DNA of 63,960 bases, filler included, from Octopus bimaculoides (taxonomy: Eukaryota), in NCBI RefSeq assembly GCF_001194135.2. It is 5 parts of 4 records of this genome, joined end to end, with 100 filler letters (N's around TTAATTAATTAA, not from the genome) between each part and the next. Parts side by side here need not be neighbours in the genome. Positions count along the whole stretch, not along the records: positions 1 to 17,166 come from NC_068981.1; 4 more parts are not named here. One strand, given 5' to 3'. Shown here one piece after another: positions 1 through 11,545 of the stretch (the stretch's first letter is position 1; every line of letters begins with the position of its first letter). Under the pieces are notes generated by a model. That model saw nothing but the letters and a program-made list of their open reading frames with translations, was not told where the DNA came from and made no database searches. A program made the translations under genes and the position numbers.

Positions 1-416
1 TAGCAAATGTTTCGAAAAAAGATGGATACATGTAGCAAGAATGGCACGTATGACCGACGAAGCCACCTTGACCATGATTCTATAAAACGTTTAAAATTTT
101 GTAAACAGAGAGTTACTTACGTTTCTTGCATAAATAAAAGGAATTTTATTTAACAAATTGTGACACTAAGGACCGAGGTTACCGTGGTCTTTTCCGTAGG
201 TTTTTCTTTCCACGGATAATCTCCCCATTTATTGGAACATTTTTGTAATATTTTCATTTTTTTTTTGTACATACCCCAAACGTTTTCTCGATGCCTTTTC
301 ATCGTCATCCCCATTTTAGTTTTTTTACTTTATTTTCGTCCCCATCGAAAAGAAAAAACTCTACATTTGCATTTTGTCCCCTCTATCTTGAGCCCTGTGT
401 AACTAATAAAGAAGCA
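1..416 (+). mobile_element. Tx1/L1-clade non-LTR retrotransposon 3' end, copy 1 (ORF2 C-terminus + 3' UTR), cut by window edge
   Basis: Reads KCFEKRWIHVARMARMTDEATLTMIL*, homologous to copy 2 below. AATAAA at 405-410, followed by (TATC)n from 417. Confidence 0.7.
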
Positions 417-468
<52 letters not shown>

Positions 469-549
469 AATCTATCTATCTATCTATCTATCTATCTATA
501 TATCTATCTATCTATCTATCTATCTATATATCTATCTATCTATCTATCT
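417..549. repeat. (TATC)n microsatellite between two Tx1-like fragments
   Basis: Directly visible. Confidence 0.95.
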
Positions 550-1130
550 CACGCCTACCGAGTCTATCGTGAATATTGTCGCGCCTCCTTCCTTGAAACG
601 AGATGGAAGAGCCATTTTCGTCGTACTGGTGGCTATGGCTAAGGAATGTGTATGGTGGATGCATCTGAAAGGTTCGGAGACAAACACCTTCCTCTCTGGT
701 GAATCTTTCATCAATTTCTGTAAGTATCACCTAAAGAGGAACGTGAGAGTAGAGAGGGAAGTTTTGTCTAGTGAATGCTTCAAAAAAGGATGGGTGAATG
801 TAGCAAGGATGGCATGTGTGAATGACGGAGCCACCTTGAATATAATAATCTTATGAACCAGAAAAAGAAAGGAAAAAAGAGAGTCAGTTACTGTAATGTG
901 CTTTTTGCATGACATTATTGCCCGATGTTACCGGGGTCGTTTCCGTAGGTTTTTCTTTCCACGGGTAAACCTGATCTGTTTCCTCTTTTTATATTATGAC
1001 ATTTCTGTGATACACGATCCGTATTGATTGTTTTTTTTTTCTACGATACGTTTTGATCGAATTCCTACGTCCCCCTCTTTTAAAAATTTTATTTTCTGTT
1101 TCCAAAAAAGGAAAGCTCTACTTTGTATCG
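550..1130 (+). mobile_element. Tx1/L1-clade non-LTR retrotransposon 3' end, copy 2 (5'-truncated)
   Basis: ORF 569-856 (..LVAMAKECVWW..RNVRVEREVLSSECFKKGWVNVARMACVN..) matches the AK..IW / RV.LERE / F..RW..C.V pattern I recall for Tx1-type ORF2 C-termini. 3' boundary approximate. Confidence 0.7.
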
Positions 1131-3451
1131 CTGTTCAGTACAGTAACAACCACACACTCGCACACACGCACGAAGAAATGGAAGCACCAAGCACATGTAT
1201 AAATAGTTCCGTTGGAAAGGACTTAAGTAGCTTCTTCATTCATTTCTTACAATTGATCCCAAGCATTTGTGAGATCAGGAAGAAGTTTTGCAAAACTTTA
1301 TTGTTTTCTTTTTTGTCCGTTGGATTACTTTGAATGTGCAGCGAAGTACTTTAACAAAAACAAAATCTACTCCAATACAAATGAAGGAGTTGTATATGAC
1401 TGTCTAGCCAGTTAAAAGTGGAATATCATTGAAAGCAACTGTATTCACTGACTCAGTTCGTATCATTTCTCTGCTATCTTCTCACACCCACATTACGTAC
1501 ATTTTTAATGAAGTATCTGTTTCTTTAGCTTTGTGCACTGTCAGGAAATCTGAATGCAAAACGGAAAGAAGAAAAATTTATGCGACTTGTTTTAGCTCAT
1601 GGAGGACATATTGTCACAAAGATACATAGAGAGAAAAACACACACATACATCCCTCTAATAAACAAACATATTCAGGTGCATTATATGGAACACAATAAT
1701 TAGTTATTGTTTTATTTATTTATTTTTACAAGACTAAAAGACTCCTGTTGAAGTTAAACTTCAATTATAAGCTCTCTAACGTATTCTTATCTTTGATAGC
1801 TGGCAATCATTGCTAGTACCGTTGAAAAAAAGAAAAAGAAAACACCCAGCGAAACTAGATTACTCTAATTTCAGAAACTAATTCTTATTAGAAATAAAGG
1901 CGAGAGCAGACCCTCTGTCGCGACTGTTTCACGATTCATTGACGTAGTATGTAGCTAAAGATCTTGTCTGTCGAAATTAGCTTTTCCTTTCTCTTTGGAA
2001 ATTAAATCACAAAGTTACTCGAAGAACAATTTCAAATAGCGAACAGGTTGCCGAAAAAATATATATCTAAAAAAGGAAAAGAACACACCAAAAAAGACCA
2101 AAAACAAATATAAGCATGAATGTATATGAGCTAAAAAAAAATAGCATCTATGTTCAACCAAAATTTTATATTTTTCTGTTTTTGTATAAATTTAACAGAA
2201 TTCAAAAAGAAGCATTTTTCATGTTATATTCACGTTAGTTTGAAAGTGAATTAAAAATATTATAATCTACACCATGTACCCAAAATAAACGATATTTATT
2301 CGTTGCGTTTTAACAAACTGAAGTCGGTTACTACAAGGTGAAGATGCACAAATGGTAGCTGATACAGTAAATACTCCTGGAAAGGTTTACAGTTTAATGA
2401 AAAGTCAAAATTGTTAAAATAATGTAATGAGATATTTCCATCGATTTCAGAATGTTCTTCGGGAATCGTGAATGAGACGGTATTCCTTGAATCCTTGTTT
2501 CAATCATTGAAGTGTGGCGATCCTGTGTGACCGTCTTGAAGAGTTTAGTCGAAAAAAAATGACCCCAGTACATTTTGTCTTGAAGTTTATTTATTCTATC
2601 ACGCTATTTTCCGTTATGGGGACGTAAACAAACACATAGCGATTGTCAAGTAGTGTGGGGAAAACACAAAGACATGCACAGAAACTGTGTGGAAGACTGG
2701 TGGTATGTGTGCATACATACACTATGCTTTGGTAGGCCCGGGCTATAGAAGACACGTAACCAAGGTTGGGACTAAATTCAATACCACTTGGCTATGTGTT
2801 TAGAGGAAGGGCATTTTATACTGTAAAAATGCTTGTTTTGAATAACGGCTGAGCCTTAGTTTGTGAGCCAAAGATCTATGAAAAGCATATTTAAGACAGA
2901 TAACAGAAGCCACATTACATTACACCACGCAATAGCCTCGGTTCAGTTATCGCCAGGATATACTTTGTTTTGTCAGACATCGTTAAAATAAATAGCAGTA
3001 AGTTCTAAAAAATTATATTACTAATTCGAAGAAATATTAAGAATAGTTGATATGTTAAATATTCTAAAAAGTTCACAGGTTAATAGGAAGTAATTAAGAA
3101 ACGTTAAGAATTTAAATGATATCATAAAATTATATAAATTATAAAAATATAATAAATATTTAAATACATATAAATTTATATAGTTAAAGTGCTTATAATT
3201 TATAATTCAGCTGAAAGTAAAATTTCTGATATGAATTTATTTTTGCATATATTCCAAAGTGTTGATAATTAAGTTTGATATATTTAGTGCAAAATTATTA
3301 ATAATGTATTATGGCAGTGTTAATGTATTAGCTTAATCATATGTGAATTTACATTAACTGGTGTGTGTTTTCGCCCAGATAAATTGGTCTTTCTCACTCT
3401 CTCTGTGGCAGTCTCTCTTTATGCATGTATGTATGTATGTATGTATGTATG

Positions 3452-3493
<42 letters not shown>

Positions 3494-3626
3494 GCTATTA
3501 TTATAAGATCTGGTAATTAGTCATATATTAATATATTAATTAATATCGATTAATTATCAGGGGGCCAGCACATTTAAAGAATCAAAGAGATTCAGAAATA
3601 TTATCTGCAATCTCAGGGGATTAAGG

Positions 3627-4144
3627 TACGTTTTAAAAATAACGTCGACCAGTAAATAGTTTCTGCGGATATATTCCTGGAATTAGCGCGCCAAAACGAA
3701 GACTTTTGAACTTTACCATTAAGCTGTAATTAGCAGAACCATATGCACGCGCACCCATGGCGGTGGGCAACTATGTATACGATTCTGATAATTGCTGCTA
3801 CATTACAAATCAGGCTGATGAGGAATAGACAAATGGTAAGAATTTGTTAAATCCGNNNNNNNNNNNNNNNNNNNNNNNNNNNNNNNNNNNNNNNNNNNNN
3901 NNNNNNNNNNNNNNNNNNNNNNNNNNNNNNNNNNNNNNNNNNNNNNNNNNNNNNNNNNNNNNNNNNNNNNNNNNNNNNNNNNNNNNNNNNNNNNNNNGAT
4001 TTTAAATGTCTTGCCCGCTCACGTTTTTGGTATGCTGCTATATTTCATGTTGAGAACTTTTTAGGTCTTAATAGACACAAAATGTGATCTATTTCTAGCG
4101 CATTAATTGTCCACGTTAGTGGTCGACGTTATTTTAAAAATGTA
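3627..4144. mobile_element. TA-ended MITE with ~29-bp terminal inverted repeats, N gap inside
   Basis: tacgttttaaaaataacgtcgaccagtaa (3627-3655) vs reverse complement of 4116-4144: 26/29 identical; both ends TA. Confidence 0.65.
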
Positions 4145-4506
4145 TCTATCTAGCTAGCTGTAAGATAAATCTATCGGATGCTCTACTATACATCATCAGT
4201 GATGCTTCTGTGATCCCGGTGGTTTTCGGATCTTTCAGCATCAGCCCCCCCCCCACCTCACACACACTTACATGCACATACACACACACCTAACACACAC
4301 AAACACACACACATATATACAAATATATATATATATATATATACATACATATATATATATATATAAATACATACATGTATATATATATATACATATATAC
4401 ATATATATATATATATACATGTATACATATATATATATATATAAATATATATATATATGTATACATGTATACATATATATATACATACATATATATACAT
4501 AAATAT

Positions 4507-4539
<33 letters not shown>

Positions 4540-5171
4540 TATATACTTATAGATATACATCTATATATATATATATATATATATATACATACATATATAC
4601 ATATATATAGGTATATACATACATATATAAATATATATATACATATATACATACATACATACATATATATATACATATATACATACATATATACATACAT
4701 ACATACANNNNNNNNNNNNNNNNNNNNNNNNNNNNNNNNNNNNNNNNNNNNNNNNNNNNNNNNNNNNNNNNNNNNNNNNNNNNNNNNNNCTACCGACGGT
4801 GGGTTTGAGGTTTAAAGTTCTTGAATAGTCTAAGAGCTGCAATTTGAGATGGTTGCAAAAAAAAAAAAAAAAAAAAAAACGCGTGCAAAGCAAGAACCTC
4901 AAGTGTGTCAATGTTCTAAGAGAACAAGGTTTAGACGTGCAGGGTTTCAAGGTGAACATAATACCTGGAACAAGAAGAGGAAAGATGAGTCTGCTGGAGA
5001 CACCTAAGTAGAAGTGGTTCGAGAATCAGATGATACTGCGGTAACGATGAAGAAATGTAGACCTGTGGAGGAGCTGATTTGTTGGTCACGGGCTGGAGTA
5101 TATTATCGAACGACTTAATGATAAATGGACGACTGGCCTTCGATGCAGTCATTATTATATAAAGATATAAA

Positions 5172-5797
5172 GCTCTCAGCTGGCAGAATCGTTAGCAAGC
5201 CAGCCAAAATTTTTAGCGGTATTTCGTCCATCCTTACGTTCTAAGTTCAAATTCCGCCGAGGTCGACTTTGCCTCTCATCCTTTCGTGGTCGATAAATTA
5301 AGTACCAGCGAAACTCTGGGGTCAATTAAATCGTTCCCAAAATTTCAGTAGAAAGGATTTTTATATTAAGATATAAAGCGGTGAGCTGGCAGAGTCGTTA
5401 ACATGCCAGGCAAAATGCTTAGCGTTCTGAAGTTCAAATTCCGCCGAGGTCGACTTAATTTTTCATCCTTTCAGGATCGATAAAATGAGTACCAGTTACA
5501 CACTGGAGTCGATGTAATCGACTAACGTCCTCCCCCAAAATTTCAGGCCTTGTGTCTATAGTAAAAAGGATTATTATGCTAACGTATAAGACAGCGAGCT
5601 GGCAGAATCGTTAGTACGCCAAGCAAAAGGCTTAGTAGCCTCCGGTCCGGCCTTATGCTTTGAAGTTCAAATTCCGCCGAGGTCATCTTTGCCTTTCATC
5701 CATTCGGGGTCAATAAAATAAGAACTAAGCGATGTAATTAATTTATTCCTTACCCTCAAATGGCTACCCTTGTGCTAAAATTTGAAACCATTATTAT
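5172..5797 (+). mobile_element. Three head-to-tail copies of tRNA-derived SINE 'family A'
   Basis: Each unit has gagctggcagaatcgttag (A-box-like) and gttcaaattcc (B-box-like), then gaggtcgactttgcctttcatcc..gataa..aagtacc; units start ~5172, ~5378, ~5592. Confidence 0.9.
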
Positions 5798-6206
5798 GTT
5801 AAGTGATGTGTTCAACAGGCGCGATACCCTGTGAAGTAAAGCATTTGGAGGTTTGTTTTATTTTTGGGCTTTCTATATTTGAGAGATGCGAGATGCAATA
5901 TCTTCTTTATATGTTGCTGCTGAAGGGGACAACATTGACAAGATCCACCCCACCCCAGCACCATTAAAAACTGTTTCCTAAGTTTCTGTTTGTTGAGTCG
6001 GTGCAGATTTAGTGTGGGGCTGCATTACACACGAATAACACTTGGATATGGAATATTAGGGAATTCAATGATGGTATGTTCTACATAATAGTAGTTGGTA
6101 TTCTTATTGTGGAAGATAGGTGATATGTTGACAAGGAGGTTTTGTGGGAAGAGATCGAGCTATAGTGTACACCATGATTTATGGAGAGTAGGTCAGAAAG
6201 AGAGAG

Positions 6207-6265
<59 letters not shown>

Positions 6266-7051
6266 TAAAGAGAGAAAGACTACCATCTACACATGCTGCG
6301 TTTGTGAGATCTGTCAAAGAGCCATCCAAGGGATGAGAAGCGTACGGAGCCAAAAGCAAGCGTACTACTCGAAGATTTGTATGCTAGCTGTGGACAAAAT
6401 CTTTACTAATATCGGAGACGCCAACATTGCTTTCAGTAAATATTTCGAGGGTCAATACCTACTGATATGTAGAATAGAAAATTAGATCTTCAGTAAGCCA
6501 TACTAGTAACCATTAAATAAGAAAAGAGACGATTTAAGATGTTTCAATGCTGTTAGTGGCTGTCTCCATTACCTTTGAGAAATTGGAAGTGAGTGCGATA
6601 GGACAGTAGTTATTAGGGCTAAAGAAATAGCTCTTCTTAGGAATGGAACACATTGTAGTGCGTTCAAAAAATCGGTATTTATTAGTGGAGAGAATGAAAC
6701 AGAGGGAGAGAGAGAGAGAGAGTGTGTGTGTCTGTGTATATGTGAGAGGAAGAAAGAGAAATATAGAGAGGAAAAGATTTGAAGAGTTCGGTGTGAACTG
6801 TGAAAGGTCAGGGACGAAGTGATTGACGGCAATGGAGGGGAAATGGGCAGGGCCAGTGACCTTATTAGTTTAAAGCGAAAGGAGGTACATTCTCACATGG
6901 GCCGTAGGTATTCATGCTTGTCATCCGGTTACTTCTACTTTGCAATGTAGAATGAAAGGAAGACATAATATATTAACACAGACAATATGAACAATATGAC
7001 GTAATGCAGATGTTATATCCACTTTTGCTTTGCTTTCGGTACAACCCTCGA

Positions 7052-7091
<40 letters not shown>

Positions 7092-7662
7092 NNNNNNNNN
7101 NNNNNNNNNNNNNNNNNNNNNNNNNNNNNNNNNNNNNNNNNNNNNNNNNNNNNNNNNNNNNNNNNNNNNNNNNNNNNNNNNNNNNNNNNNNNNNNNNNNN
7201 NNNNNNNNNNNNNNNNNNNNNNNNNNNNNNNNNNNNNNNNNNNNNNNNNNNNNNNNNNNNNNNNNNNNNNNNNNNNNNNNNNNNNNNNNNNNNNNNNNNN
7301 NNNNNNNNNNNNNNNNNNNNNNNNNNNNNNNNNNNNNNNNNNNNNNNNNNNNNNNNNNNNNNNNNNNNNNNNNNNNNNNNNNNNNNNNNNNNNNNNNNNN
7401 NNNNNNNNNNNNNNNNNNNNNNNNNNNNNNNNNNNNNNNNNNNNNNNNNNNNNNNNNNNNNNNNNNNNNNNNNNNNNNNNNNNNNNNNNNNNNNNNNNNN
7501 NNNNNNATATATATATATATATATATATAAATAAATGTGTGTGTGTGCATATATATGTACATACATATATACATACATATACATGCATACATTCATATAT
7601 GCATATATATATATACACATACATACATATATACATATATACACATACACACACAAACACAC

Positions 7663-7694
<32 letters not shown>

Positions 7695-8134
7695 TTACTT
7701 ATGTATGCATGCATGTATGTATATTCCAGTGATCTGGAAATTGGAGAATTTCTCGTAAATATTTCTGGTCTAACATCAAGCATGTGAGTTATATCACACA
7801 ATGGTCGTTGGTTGACCTTATTCGCTTATTTCATTAAAAGTTGATGAAATATATTTCAGATGTATATTTCATTGCCCATCAAATGGTTTATGAAGCGATG
7901 TGTTTGCCGTTTGTCAGAGATAGCAGCTACATCGTAGAATATAAACCAAAACATAATGATGATAAAAACAAAGAAACAACAACAACAAGAAGAACAAACG
8001 GAATCTGTTTGCTGTTAATTAGATGTGGATGTTAGTTTAGGTGTGTAGTTAAGAATTGTCTTCTCCAACACCAGATTACGGGATCGATCTCTACGGCAAT
8101 ATTGTAGGTGGCTAGGTAGTGCTCCAGCATGGTC

Positions 8135-8379
8135 GCAGTCAAATGACTGAAACGAGTAAAAGAATATATATATATATTTATATATTCTTTTATTCTTTTA
8201 CTTGTTTCAGTAATTAGACTGGCCATGCTGGAGCATCGACTTTAGTCGAGCAAATCGACCACAGGACTTATATTTTGTAAACCTAGTACTTATTCTATCG
8301 GCCTCTTTTGTCGAACTGCTAGCTAACGGGGTCGTAAACACACCAGATATCGGTTGTCAAGCGATGGTGGGGGAACAAA

Positions 8380-8431
<52 letters not shown>

Positions 8432-8458
8432 CGATGAGCTTCTTTCAGTTTCCCTCTA
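8135..8458 (-). mobile_element. SINE 'family B' (bipartite, internal microsatellite), partial
   Basis: Same tail as other copies (gactggccatgctggagc..gtcgagcaaatcgacc..aagcctagtacttatt..acaccag..cggttgtcaagcgatgg). Confidence 0.85.
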
Positions 8459-8498
8459 CNNNNNNNNNNGCACGCACGCACGCACGCACGCTCGCACG

Positions 8499-8544
<46 letters not shown>

Positions 8545-8637
8545 CAGTGAAAATACAGTCACAGAGGTTAGTCGGCATTAATAACAGGTATATGCAACAA
8601 CGGTGCCCACTTGGATTCTGTATCCCTACCAACCATA

Positions 8638-8690
<53 letters not shown>

Positions 8691-8724
8691 AATCTATCTA
8701 TCTATCTATCTGTCTGTCGGTCTG

Positions 8725-8783
<59 letters not shown>

Positions 8784-8814
8784 GTCTGTCGGTCTGTCTG
8801 TCTGTCTGTCTATA

Positions 8815-9667
8815 TACTCGTCTGATCAATAAGCATCCGGAATGTTGCCATAGTAACGAAGCTAAACACGCAGAGTAAAGCTATTTGGCACAGATTGGCT
8901 GTGAACTCTGTTATGCATGCGCACTACATTTTAACATTGTAGCTCATTTCCGCTAAATACAGTAGTGTTTGGCGGGAAGCCGTGTCGCGTGTGATTGTAG
9001 CATTGACCATGATAGAGAAAGTTGTGCAGAGAATCTGCATCAAATTTTGCCAAAATCTCGGCGATACCTGCTCAGTGTTTTCATCATTCTTCACACAATC
9101 AAAGAAAGCATGTGCAACTGAACCCCGAGTGTCTCTTTGGTCAGCTAAAAGCGGTTTTGGCACAACTGTGCCTCATACCCGAATCTTCAGTCATAATAAA
9201 CTGACCTGAACAGCAAATAATCTGCATATCTTCTGATAACTCAGGGATGGTGATTCGATGATTTTCCCTCATAGCGACACGCACTTCTTTGGTGTTTTTC
9301 TCACTTCTGCTGGTTGTGGGTCTCCCAGAACGTTCGTCAATATCGACATTTTTCGGCCATCTTGGAAACGTTTGATCCACTCGTTACACTTGTCTGCGTC
9401 TCATACACGCCTCTCCATACACCTTCTGCAACTTTAAGCTGGCCTCTGAGCAGGTGTCACCATAACAATTTTCTCTGTCATGCACAATGCGATGGTCACA
9501 CGCTACACACTCTCTTTCCAACAACTGCGGAAATGAACTAGAACATTAAAACTTAGAGCGCATGCACAGCAGAGTCTAAGCACATTCTGTGCTACGCGGG
9601 CTAGCTCTGCGTGCTTTAGCTTCGTTACTATGACAACAGTCCGGATACTTGTTGATCAGACCTCGTA
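8815..9667. mobile_element. Mariner-derived element made of two inverted left (5') ends; defective transposase
   Basis: TA-flanked ~60-bp imperfect inverted termini. + arm encodes MIEKVVQRICIKFCQNLGDTCS from 9009; - arm encodes MTEKI..GDTCSE..ERSGRPTTSR..ITIPELSED from 9481. Junction at ~9075. Confidence 0.8.
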
Positions 9668-10502
9668 TATATTTATATGTGTGTGTGTATATATATATAT
9701 ATATNNNNNNNNNNNNNNNNNNNNNNNNNNNNNNNNNNNNNNNNNNNNNNNNNNNNNNNNNNNNNNNNNNNNNNNNNNNNNNNNNNNNNNNNNNNNNNNN
9801 NNNNNNNNNNNNNNNNNNNNNNNNNNNNNNNNNNNNNNNNNNNNNNNNNNNNNNNNNNNNNNNNNNNNNNNNNNNNNNNNNNNNNNNNNNNNNNNNNNNN
9901 NNNNNNNNNNNNNNNNNNNNNNNNNNNNNNNNNNNNNNNNNNNNNNNNNNNNNNNNNNNNNNNNNNNNNNNNNNNNNNNNNNNNNNNNNNNNNNNNNNNN
10001 NNNNNNNNNNNNNNNNNNNNNNNNNNNNNNNNNNNNNNNNNNNNNNNNNNNNNNNNNNNNNNNNNNNNNNNNNNNNNNNNNNNNNNNNNNNNNNNNNNNN
10101 NNNNNNNNNNNNNNNNNNNNNNNNNNNNNNNNNNNNNNNNNNNNNNNNNNNNNNNNNNNNNNNNNNNNNNNNNNNNNNNNNNNNNNNNNNNNNNNNNNNN
10201 NNNNNNNNNNNNNNNNNNNNNNNNNNNNNNNNNNNNNNNNNNNNNNNNNNNNNNNNNNNNNNNNNNNNNNNNNNNNNNNNNNNNNNNNNNNNNNNNNNNN
10301 NNNNNNNNNNNNNNNNNNNNNNNNNNNNNNNNNNNNNNNNNNNNNNNNNNNNNNNNNNNNNNNNNNNNNNNNNNNNNNNNNNNNNNNNNNNNNNNNNNNN
10401 NNNNNNNNNNNNNNNNNNNNNNNNNNNNNNNNNNNNNNNNNNNNNNNNNNNNNNNNNNNNNNNNNNNNNNNNNNNNNNNNNNNNNNNNNNNNNNNNNNNN
10501 NN

Positions 10503-10535
<33 letters not shown>

Positions 10536-11309
10536 CATGATGAGAAATAACTATTATCAATACTTTGATTCAAAGTTTTATAAGAAAAATAGCAAAATGG
10601 TATTTTCGCCTAATTTTGCATATTGCGATATTTAGTAAACGGACGTCAGTTATTTGAATGACATTGTTGAATGATAAATTTTGACTGTAAAAGCAAGAAT
10701 TTATTTGTCTACGTCCATTAATTCCAACGACATTAACCTGTCAATGATATATTTATGAGATCATAAATATTTTGCAAAATGGTTGTATCGGAATGATTTT
10801 TATTAATTTGTTAATATCTTCGACTTATTTTCTTATGTATTCTTTAGTTAGAGATATATTTGAGCTTAATAACATCTGGTGGATTCTATATATTTAATCT
10901 ACATTTAGTCTGATTTGATTAAAATAGTTATTAAAATCTCATTTTTCACACAGATATTAACATTTCTATCTTTTATATCTTGTAATTTGATAGCAAATGA
11001 ATCGACATCCATGACATTTACAGCAGATACGATGGAAACACTGAAAGCAATCGTTATTTCATTCATCGTTAAGATACACGTATTAACAACAATTTCGTAT
11101 ATGTGAGTTTATAGAGTTTCAGATACTCTGAAGATGGAATGAGTAATACGCACTAATGTTTTCCCAATAAAAGAAATCAAAGAAATAAAATCAACAAGAA
11201 TTTTAACTAGGAGCAGGAGTGACTCTACTGTAAGAAGCTTGCTTCCTAACCGCAGGGTTCCACGTTCAGTTTCACTACGTGACAACTGCACAATTTCTCT
11301 TCTCTGTCC

Positions 11310-11545
11310 CAAATGTATGTATGTATGTATGTGCGGATTTTCATGTTTTGTTTTATATATGTATTCCCATGCGTATAGTTGTATATCTAATCATGTTCAT
11401 ATAGATTTAAATGATAAACTTCTGGAAAGTTTTACAGATTTTTACAGTTCCAGTGATGGCTTGGGTCTGTAGTCTTCGAATTAGCTTTCTCCTTTCTGGT
11501 TTTGAGAAGCCTAATATCTCAAGATTAGTATTTATGCGAGTGACG
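11310..11545 (-). mobile_element. 5'-truncated 3' end of a restriction-like-endonuclease (R2/R4/NeSL-type) non-LTR retrotransposon with (TACA)n tail
   Basis: NTNLEILGFSKPERRKLIRRLQTQAITGTVKICKTFQKFII* resembles the conserved REL-LINE C-terminal helix (LQ...GT.KI.K.F); short UTR and microsatellite tail follow. Confidence 0.65.

Noticed and set aside
4258-4815. Numerous [13 protein letters not shown]-rich ORFs here and throughout the track
   Set aside because: Translations of microsatellites and N runs.
6010-6085. GILGNSMM, like the class A GPCR TM1 GN motif
   Set aside because: Stop follows within five codons and no other TM motifs are nearby; probably chance.
7725-7790. VIWKLENFS (MATH-like) / 54-nt exon candidate
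   Set aside because: Immediate stop in that frame; no frame-compatible partner exon found.
10954-11102. 149-nt + strand exon candidate with good splice sites
   Set aside because: Peptide unrecognisable and no compatible neighbouring exon; cannot be supported.
11109-11312. Hydrophobic ORF resembling a receptor/channel TM segment
   Set aside because: Its N-terminal half is the antisense of a SINE-B head (11215-11290).
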